Shown here one piece after another: positions 10,033-17,116 of a DNA stretch of 64,000 nt (positions within the stretch are counted from its first letter, which is position 1; each line of letters begins with the position of its first letter). This DNA is from an uncultured Gammaproteobacteria bacterium (GTDB taxonomy: Bacteria > Patescibacteriota > Microgenomatia > Levybacterales > UBA12049): NCBI GenBank assembly GCA_964490105.1, contig CAZAZU010000001.1, positions 646,245-710,244 on the forward strand. Reading direction: 5' to 3'. A program made the position numbers and the translations under genes. The notes beneath the pieces were generated by a model. It ran no database searches and was not told the DNA's origin. It saw only the letters and a program-made list of their open reading frames with translations.

Positions 10033-10938
10033 TTAACTTATTAGGTCGACAAATTTTACTGATTTATTTTCAACCCAGTCCATGATCTTGACATACTTAC
10101 CATTATGCTTAGTAGGAAGATTATACTTACACCCTTCACATTTGAATTTCCCTTCTGCGTCTTTAAGCGCTAACTGACCGGTCTTGGCATTGGCTTCGTG
10201 AAGACAGCTCATGGGCGTTACATACTTTAAACCGTCCATTTGAAAAACATTCCAGCTAATAATTTCTGCAAATTCTTTCTGTATAGATAGATCTGGACTA
10301 TTATCATATTTTTCCTTGTAATAATCAATTAATGTGTAAAGTAAATTTTCGCGGGCTATAAGAATATTATCCCCTTGCCACTCAAATCCATAAGAGCTTT
10401 GGAATGCAATTCGCGCCCACTTTAACCATTCTTTTTTATTAGAACCGTATTTGGATACAATCTGTAGCTTATGATCTAAAAACCCTACTCGATCCTTAGT
10501 TTTAATGATTTCACCACGCACTACTGGGTCATACCGACTAACGATAAATGGCGCTTCACCACAAGTAATTTCTAATTTTAATTCAGCAACATAAGTCTTC
10601 CAATTCGATCTGTTTATTCGAGACCTATTGGTAATTTTGTTCATTTCACTCACTATGTTAAGAGGGGTAAATACTTCGCCTTTATTTCTAGCTCGATTAC
10701 GTTGCTCTTGTAGGCTTCTTATTATACGGGGTTGAATTAGCTCGCCATGCTTTCCTGTAATAAGCTGGGGTTTAATTTGTTTTTCAGAAGCAAATTCTAC
10801 GCCGTATTGCTCAAAATAAGAATCAGTTGCCCATATAATGTATTTGCTAGTCGTATGATCTCTTAGAAGAATATCAAGTAAATCATTATCAAGTAGAAGA
10901 GTGTTCTCTAGAATATCAGCTTTATCTAAATAAGCCAT
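10033..10938 (-). CDS. Methyltransferase-like accessory protein: motif X (GEVFTP) and motif-I-like (LEITCGEAPF) present, no NPPY/DPPY; C-terminal CEGC cluster
   Basis: The ORF track gives 10033..10998. Start is more likely Met21 (ATG 10938..10936), 1 nt after the stop of the giant upstream gene, with a weak GGA upstream. The layout parallels the methyltransferase segment of the 1343-aa protein but lacks motif IV. Confidence 0.5.
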   Translation of the reverse strand: MAYLDKADILENTLLLDNDLLDILLRDHTTSKYIIWATDSYFEQYGVEFASEKQIKPQLITGKHGELIQPRIIRSLQEQRNRARNKGEVFTPLNIVSEMNKITNRSRINRSNWKTYVAELKLEITCGEAPFIVSRYDPVVRGEIIKTKDRVGFLDHKLQIVSKYGSNKKEWLKWARIAFQSSYGFEWQGDNILIARENLLYTLIDYYKEKYDNSPDLSIQKEFAEIISWNVFQMDGLKYVTPMSCLHEANAKTGQLALKDAEGKFKCEGCKYNLPTKHNGKYVKIMDWVENKSVKFVDLIS

Positions 10939-10939
10939 A

Positions 10940-13900
10940 TTATTCCATGGCTTTGACATGTGTTTCGATAAAATTTTTTTCTTTGTCATCAAGTCCATAT
11001 TTTTTATAAAGCTGCTTATCTATTTCAGAAACAGATTTTGTCCATTGTATATCTGATTTATCAGTAAAATCTTGAAGGGGGATGAATTTATACGTCTTTG
11101 AAGTAGCGTCTTGACTTGCTTTATTAAGGCTATGCAGAAATCTAGCAAATTTGGACTGTAAATATCTAGAAAGGTTATATGAAGAAAGTTTGTCTAATTT
11201 CAATTTTGCACCAATTACAACATAAGATTCCGTACAAATGGTATTTGGGTAACCAATAAATGTGTTTAAATTATCGTCATTTAACTCAGTCCCGATATTG
11301 TTTGCTCTTGGGGTGAATACTTTGTAATTATTAATCCAGTCTGTATTCCTTGTGATTTCACTCCTTTCTAAATAACCTATTTTTTTACCTTTTCCGTAGC
11401 AAGTAACAGGATGCCTCAAATTCTCTTTAGAAGACCTAAAAATCTTTGAATTCTTAATTATGTCACCATCTAAATTGAAAGGCCGTCGTGATGAAACATG
11501 AACTTCAAGAGATTTAAACTCGGAATAAGATTTAATTTTTTTAAGTATAGTTATCGCCTGAAAGTGTCGGATAAAAATATCAAAGCCTTCTGTGCTCAAG
11601 CTACGTGTACTAATTTTTGGCGATAAGTTATTCTCATATGTAAATATTTTGGTTAGATTCTTTGTATTATTGTAATTCCTATCCCATAATAGGTAACAAA
11701 TTCCTCCTCTTAAATTTATTTGTGGAAAAATTAATTCCGGATTAAGAAAATCATGTAGTTCAGTTATATGAATATCATTTAACATTCGAGCCCTAAAATC
11801 ATCCAAACCTTTACCACCCGCATACCAACGCGTTGGCATAATCATAGATATGTAGTGAGGTTTAAGGTTTTTAGCCATTTCAAAGAAAAGATTATAGACA
11901 GGCTTAGCGCTAGCCTGAGCTCCTCCATCCTTTTGCTGATAAGGGGGGTTTCCTACAATTGCTGTAAATTTCATATTATTCTTTTCTGACATAGTACCAT
12001 AAGTCTTCAAATCATCTATTGATATCTCACAGAACTTTTTATCTTGGAACAATAAATACTCAATTTCTTCATCTTTCAACTTGATAAGATCAAATGAATA
12101 GAAAAGCCTGGCAATATTATCTACATTTAAACCCAACGCTTCATACATTTTTCGAGTAAATTCATATGCAACTGGTGAGGTAGGAATTGAATAAAAATTA
12201 TTTCGTACTTCTTCTAAATTTATGCCAATATTAGTGACCTTTTCCACAAAACCCTTCGCAAAACTTCCTGATTTACTAGCTAAATCCAAAATTTTTGTAT
12301 GCTTAATATTGTCCCAAAACTTTTCATCAAAAGCGCGGTACATTTCGTTAACGATATGTGAGGGAGTAAAAACTTCTGCTTCAGACAGTCGTCCAAATTT
12401 ATTTATGGCAATTTCGATATGCTCAACCGGTGAAATACTCCCATCGTATGAACGAAAATCCGAATTTTGAATTTTATAATCAAGAGCACTCAGTACAAAT
12501 GGATTGATATTTTTGCGAATGAGCATTAGATCCTCTTTATTAATGCCAAGATTTTGGGCAATGCGACGATTATCATCATTTACATCAATATTAGATATAA
12601 CATCGGTTAAGGATTTTTCTTCAGTAGAAGATAGAAATGCAAATAGAAGAATCATCACATAATATGTGCGGAAACGCTTTTCAAATGATGAGATTTCTTC
12701 ACTATCTCCTTCTTTCTCTATAGATGATGTTGCCTTACTGCCTGCTCCTTCAATTCCATTTTCCACACCTTCTCCTTCTAAATCTATTCCGTCTTCTTCA
12801 TTTGGCTTAATATTAATCCCATTCTTCCCACCAAGCTCTGGCAATTCACTAATAACCTCATAAATCGCTTGGTTGTCTTTTAACGAAGCATCAATACCAA
12901 TTTCTTTTACATCTTCAATTATCGTTCTGTCGTTTACATATTTACGGACTTCATCGATAATTCTTGTAGCTGTTACTTCAACAAGTTTATTTCTCTCGGC
13001 ATTAAGCGTTATGATAGGCGAAATTTTAAGTTCTCGTTGAATGAACTCTTCGATATTTTCATTTCCTATTTTCTGTGTATTTGCGCCATAAGTAAATGCT
13101 TTCATTTCTTGAAGGTAAAAAAGCCTTGTTGGATCGAGGTCTACCAAAAGTGTTTGTGGTTTCATGTCATATTTAATAAAATCGCCATTTTTATCTTGAT
13201 ATTTCTCAACCCAAGGTGACTGTAAACGAAATATCGCCTGATCATATTCTTGTGGACTTGTCGTAGATTTAAGATAGATCATAGTATCCCATTGTGGTAC
13301 GGTAGAGCCAGTAAGCATTTTATTAACTGTTAAGGTAATTGTCTTTTTACCTTTTGATTCAGCGTATGATATCGCTGACTTAATTTCCTCTGGTGTTATG
13401 AGTTTTTTATTATATCCACTAATATTAAAGATTTCATATTCAGAAATATTCTTAAATAATGATAAATTAGTTAAAATAAGTTTTTCGAAAGCATCACATG
13501 ATGCGCAGTACGGCAACACAACAACTATGTGTTGCGCGAGCTTGCCTGCTTTAATAGTCTCGTTGTCGAGCAAACCAAGCATGTTGGCATCTTTTTTAGA
13601 ACCATCAAGTACTTGAAGCAATTCAATAATTTCTTGTTCATAAACAAAAGATTCATAGTCGCCATTCCTACTGATACTTACAGGGGTGAATAATTCGGCT
13701 GGTTTGCTACCCGGAATATTAGCAAGCTTTTTGCGTGAACTTTCATTGGGATTAAACGCAAAACGAATCATCTGCGGAAATCCATAATATGGATTGTCCC
13801 ATTCGTTTTCATCCAAATGATCCTCGTTCCAGTTTAATTTTGCTTCGTAAATATCGCCAAATTGTACAAAAGCAATAATATCCTCTTTATTAAACTCACT

Positions 13901-14971
13901 TCCCATCAAGATGCGATATGGAGTCCCGGAAAGGTGAAGTTTAATTTTAGCCTTTATTGATACGAGCTTAGTAAGAGAACCAAAATCAACCGGGTCTTCT
14001 TTGTCATTCTTTAGTAATTCTTTATCTTCATCATCAATTTCCAGTCCTGCAAGAATCTTACCCAGTACTTTTGCTCGAGCTCCAAAGTGTGTCTCATCGA
14101 TAATCAACAGATCTACACTAACTGTTTTTAAAATTTCATGGTGTTTTTTTATATTTTCTGAAGAACCTGCAAGGTCTTGTAATGTGAGAAATAAAACAAC
14201 ATTTGTACAATTCTCCTCTCCAATACCCGTCTTAAATTTTTGGTCATAAAAATCTGACAATCTCAATCCTCTTTTGAGATCGTCTTTATCAATAAAACGG
14301 TAACCTGCAAAATCCTTGTGACTTTCTACAGTTTGCTTCCATTCCGACCGCACATCTGCTTTTGCAGAGACTATAACCGTAAACTTAGAGTCAATACTTT
14401 TAGCGCTCCACATCGAAGTAATTGACTTTCCAAAACGCATAACAGCATACATGAGAAGATTAGTACGACCATTTTTTACAGCTGAATTGAATGCATTTAT
14501 GACATTTTGTTGGTTTTCGCGTGGGAGATAATCCTGTGTTCGACTGTAATGATATTCTATAATCTCCCTTGAGTTATTGTAATATTCATATTTATCTGTC
14601 TTTTGATAATTATTTACAATATCATTCACGGCATTAGTTATCTCAATCTCGCCAATTCCTTCAAAAAACTCCGTAGAATAAATATTTTTCAAAATATTCA
14701 AAGGGATTTGAGTAAAACCATTTTGCTGCAGATATTTATGTACAGAATAATCACGGAAAAATACTTTGCCATCAATTGATGCTTTATGACGAGAGATCTC
14801 TTTTAAGTCTTTATAGTATCGCCTCCATTCATTCAGTCGCTCCTCAACTGGGCGATAGGTATCTCCCACTTTCAGATAGTTCGGGAGGGTATTTGTTGCA
14901 AAAGAATAGATATAGGGAGACACCCGACCGATAATTATTTTTTGTAATTCTGAAGTATTTATCCTAGACAT
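10940..14971 (-). CDS. Single-chain T5orf172(GIY-YIG-like)-SF2 helicase-N6-adenine methyltransferase-TRD protein (Type ISP-like restriction-modification/defence enzyme)
   Basis: 1343 aa. N-terminus YIYSFATNTLPNYLKVGDTYRPVEERLNEW (T5orf172/GIY-YIG-like). Helicase Walker A MRFGKSITS and DEAH-like LIIDETHF. Helicase C motifs MLTGSTVP and QAIFRLQSP. Methyltransferase motif X EVFTPSHIV, motif I ILDLASKSGSFAKGF, motif IV IVGNPPYQQ. About 300 aa C-terminal putative target-recognition region. Confidence 0.75.
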   Translation of the reverse strand: MSRINTSELQKIIIGRVSPYIYSFATNTLPNYLKVGDTYRPVEERLNEWRRYYKDLKEISRHKASIDGKVFFRDYSVHKYLQQNGFTQIPLNILKNIYSTEFFEGIGEIEITNAVNDIVNNYQKTDKYEYYNNSREIIEYHYSRTQDYLPRENQQNVINAFNSAVKNGRTNLLMYAVMRFGKSITSMWSAKSIDSKFTVIVSAKADVRSEWKQTVESHKDFAGYRFIDKDDLKRGLRLSDFYDQKFKTGIGEENCTNVVLFLTLQDLAGSSENIKKHHEILKTVSVDLLIIDETHFGARAKVLGKILAGLEIDDEDKELLKNDKEDPVDFGSLTKLVSIKAKIKLHLSGTPYRILMGSEFNKEDIIAFVQFGDIYEAKLNWNEDHLDENEWDNPYYGFPQMIRFAFNPNESSRKKLANIPGSKPAELFTPVSISRNGDYESFVYEQEIIELLQVLDGSKKDANMLGLLDNETIKAGKLAQHIVVVLPYCASCDAFEKLILTNLSLFKNISEYEIFNISGYNKKLITPEEIKSAISYAESKGKKTITLTVNKMLTGSTVPQWDTMIYLKSTTSPQEYDQAIFRLQSPWVEKYQDKNGDFIKYDMKPQTLLVDLDPTRLFYLQEMKAFTYGANTQKIGNENIEEFIQRELKISPIITLNAERNKLVEVTATRIIDEVRKYVNDRTIIEDVKEIGIDASLKDNQAIYEVISELPELGGKNGINIKPNEEDGIDLEGEGVENGIEGAGSKATSSIEKEGDSEEISSFEKRFRTYYVMILLFAFLSSTEEKSLTDVISNIDVNDDNRRIAQNLGINKEDLMLIRKNINPFVLSALDYKIQNSDFRSYDGSISPVEHIEIAINKFGRLSEAEVFTPSHIVNEMYRAFDEKFWDNIKHTKILDLASKSGSFAKGFVEKVTNIGINLEEVRNNFYSIPTSPVAYEFTRKMYEALGLNVDNIARLFYSFDLIKLKDEEIEYLLFQDKKFCEISIDDLKTYGTMSEKNNMKFTAIVGNPPYQQKDGGAQASAKPVYNLFFEMAKNLKPHYISMIMPTRWYAGGKGLDDFRARMLNDIHITELHDFLNPELIFPQINLRGGICYLLWDRNYNNTKNLTKIFTYENNLSPKISTRSLSTEGFDIFIRHFQAITILKKIKSYSEFKSLEVHVSSRRPFNLDGDIIKNSKIFRSSKENLRHPVTCYGKGKKIGYLERSEITRNTDWINNYKVFTPRANNIGTELNDDNLNTFIGYPNTICTESYVVIGAKLKLDKLSSYNLSRYLQSKFARFLHSLNKASQDATSKTYKFIPLQDFTDKSDIQWTKSVSEIDKQLYKKYGLDDKEKNFIETHVKAME

Positions 14972-15053
14972 TGTTTTTTAGTATTTTCCTTTGGATTCAT
15001 TTATATATAATGAACACAGAAGAATTATACTGCTTTTGAGGCTGGATTAAAAG

Positions 15054-15503
15054 CTAATTACTTTCCTCTATTAATAATCCTGCGTTTTTACGCTGCTCCA
15101 TAATCCGCCCCTGCTGAATTAAAATTCTATCTTTATATTCTTTAGCGCTGGTAAATGCGTTTGCGACCTCAGCGGGATTTGTTTCGTAAAGATTCATATC
15201 AGTAATTTTAGAAAAATTTGATCCTTGAACATAATAAAGTCTTGATAATTCTTCATAACCTGAAATGAGATTCAGATATTTTTCGTTTTTATCTTCCAGA
15301 TCTCCATAAGGAACTTTTTGAATATTTCCCTCAATAATTAATGTAAATAAAATTCCCAGAACAAAAAAACCAAGAGCAGAAGACGCTCCTAATATAAGTT
15401 TTGGGATTTTTTTATAAAACCGCGGAAGTATCTCAAAAGCCAGTTTTTTATATGTTTTTATTAAAAATTTAAAAGGAGATAATAATTTAGATAGGCCTGC
15501 CAT
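15054..15503 (-). CDS. Membrane-anchored hypothetical protein
   Basis: 149 aa. Internal TM ILGASSALGFFVLGILFTLII. No motif recognised. Confidence 0.45.
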   Translation of the reverse strand: MAGLSKLLSPFKFLIKTYKKLAFEILPRFYKKIPKLILGASSALGFFVLGILFTLIIEGNIQKVPYGDLEDKNEKYLNLISGYEELSRLYYVQGSNFSKITDMNLYETNPAEVANAFTSAKEYKDRILIQQGRIMEQRKNAGLLIEESN

Positions 15504-15584
15504 TTCAGGCGATTATAGTACTTAAGAAATAAAAAAGATACACTTTGACCTAATTGACTTTTTTATCCTCAAGTTTTAAAGTTT

Positions 15585-15887
15585 ATAAACTCCGAATAGA
15601 TAGGAGAAAGGCTCAGTTGACGACCTGTTCGCAGGTCGGATGCTGAAACGATTGACCATCTTAAGCGCATTCAATAAATTTTCATTTGGAGAAACCCTAT
15701 GGCAGGACAAATGAAAGATGGCACCGCTAAGGAGTCCCTCTTCTGGGGGCAAGTGCCGTCTGCTATGACAAAAGAATGAGATGATTCTTCAAAATTCCGA
15801 AGAATTCTAGGGATTTTGATGGTGGCAGGAATGCAATCAGGGAAAGAGAGTGAATGGGCATCTACCCAGGATCTCTCTTTTTTTATT
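15585..15887 (+). ncRNA. Candidate unclassified structured RNA (~300 nt) with putative promoter (TTGACT 15554..15559, N17, TAAAGT) and 3' intrinsic terminator
   Basis: About 45% GC versus ~30% flanks. No convincing ORF. Ends in a hairpin plus T-run. I could not match it to the tmRNA, RNase P, SRP or 6S conserved motifs. Confidence 0.2.
15843..15887 (+). terminator. Rho-independent terminator-like hairpin (aaagagag ... ctctcttt) followed by a T-run, functional only in + orientation
   Basis: Stem 15843..15850 pairs with 15873..15880, with an internal GGG/CCC sub-stem, then ttttt. No + strand CDS precedes it, implying an unannotated + strand transcript. Confidence 0.35.
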
Positions 15888-16160
15888 CTCCAAAAGACAC
15901 TTCAGGCTGCATACCAGGCTTCGGAGTAAGTCTTCTTATATGAAAGTCTTGAAGCAATATAATTTGCCTAAAATTAATACATGGATGACAAGAAGTGGGA
16001 GGAAGGCTCTTGTAATGTGCATTTCTTACATGATCAGCAAATTGTCGCACGGTAGCACTTCGCTCCTCTCTTAAAACTTCCAGCTCAATGCCATTTGGAT
16101 TTACTCCGTTTTCCATCTGCGGATTTTACCATATTTTCTTACAAATGACTATAGGATATA

Positions 16161-16727
16161 TTAAGGAGCTGGAGTAGGACTTTCTGCAGGGCTAATAGTT
16201 GGATCCACTGAGACTTGGGGATTAGGACTTGGGGCTGCAGTTTGGGATTTAAAATCCAATAATTCTATTTCAAAAATTAGAGGGGTATTTGGCGGAATTG
16301 GCCCAGAGCCAGCTGCTCCATACGCTAAATCTGAAGGAATTCCTATTTGCCTCTTCCCTCCAATTTTCATACCTACCACTCCTAGCTCGACACCTTTTAT
16401 AACCTGCCCTGCACCTACCTGAAAGGTTAATGGAGAGTTTTTTTGATATGAATCATCAAATATCTTTCCATCCATAAACGCTCCCTTATAATGAATCGTA
16501 ACGATGTCACCAGCTACAACTGCAGCAGAAGAAGTTCCTACATTTAAATCTCTTCCAGTTAATTCAGTTAGGGGTACCGGAGTAGGCGTTACCCCTTTTG
16601 CACCTAAGTTTAGAACCGTAAGGTCTTCGCCCATTTTAGGTAATTTATTAGATTGAAAAACGAGAAGAACCATGAGAAGTATTAGAAGTCCAAATGCGCC
16701 AATTGCAATTAAGTGTTTGTTTTCCAC
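16161..16727 (-). CDS. FKBP-type peptidyl-prolyl cis-trans isomerase, membrane anchored, Pro/Ser-rich C-terminal tail
   Basis: 188 aa. GDIVTIHYKGAFMDGKIFDDSY...LIFEIELLDF FKBP core. N-terminal TM. Confidence 0.85.
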   Translation of the reverse strand: MENKHLIAIGAFGLLILLMVLLVFQSNKLPKMGEDLTVLNLGAKGVTPTPVPLTELTGRDLNVGTSSAAVVAGDIVTIHYKGAFMDGKIFDDSYQKNSPLTFQVGAGQVIKGVELGVVGMKIGGKRQIGIPSDLAYGAAGSGPIPPNTPLIFEIELLDFKSQTAAPSPNPQVSVDPTISPAESPTPAP

Positions 16728-16752
16728 GTGGGCTATTATAGCAAATGGAGAT

Positions 16753-16992
16753 TTATGCGTTTTTGGCTTTAGCGAGTTTTAATTTTTCTCTTTTCTGCGC
16801 ATCATCCGCAATGACTTTATCAAATGCTGCCTGACATTCTTTATTTGTACAAATTAGTTGAGTGTGTTGAAGAGTCATGAATCCACCTGTGTTTTTAATT
16901 TTTTCAGTCCAGGTTTTAGCTACTTTTCTTTTAGATCCGCATCTATCGCAGGGCATTTCACTTCTTGGAATTGAATTTCCGATTTTTGGCAT
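16753..16992 (-). CDS. Small zinc-ribbon protein (4 Cys), unknown function
   Basis: 79 aa. CDRC ... CTNKEC. Lys-rich C-terminus. Confidence 0.45.
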   Translation of the reverse strand: MPKIGNSIPRSEMPCDRCGSKRKVAKTWTEKIKNTGGFMTLQHTQLICTNKECQAAFDKVIADDAQKREKLKLAKAKNA

Positions 16993-17116
16993 ATTTATTC
17001 AGGCAAGTGAGTTAAAAATCGAGGAAAAATTTAAATTTAATCAGGAATTAACTCTAAAGCTATTATAGCAGATTCCGACCTATAAACCTAATGACTGATT
17101 CTGATATAATCTAGCC

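Noticed and set aside
12222-14249. Five short + strand ORFs inside the 1343-aa gene
   Set aside because: Antisense to a long, motif-rich ORF with continuous coding signal. No independent start or RBS context.
15850-16074. 74-aa + strand ORF in the GC-rich patch
   Set aside because: Basic, low-complexity translation overlapping an antisense ORF and the candidate RNA region. No start context. Likely non-coding.
15585-16130. tmRNA, RNase P RNA, SRP RNA or cobalamin riboswitch assignment for the GC-rich patch
   Set aside because: I could not find the tRNA-like T-arm or CCA end, the RNase P GGAAAGUCCGG and ACAGAA motifs, or the SRP domain IV GGAA...AGCAGC. A riboswitch is unlikely because no + strand gene follows the terminator. 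Left as an unclassified candidate RNA.
16993-17116. T-box leader upstream of alaS
   Set aside because: Only ~120 nt of AT-rich sequence. No specifier-loop or T-box (AATTAGGGTGGNACCGCG) sequence seen.
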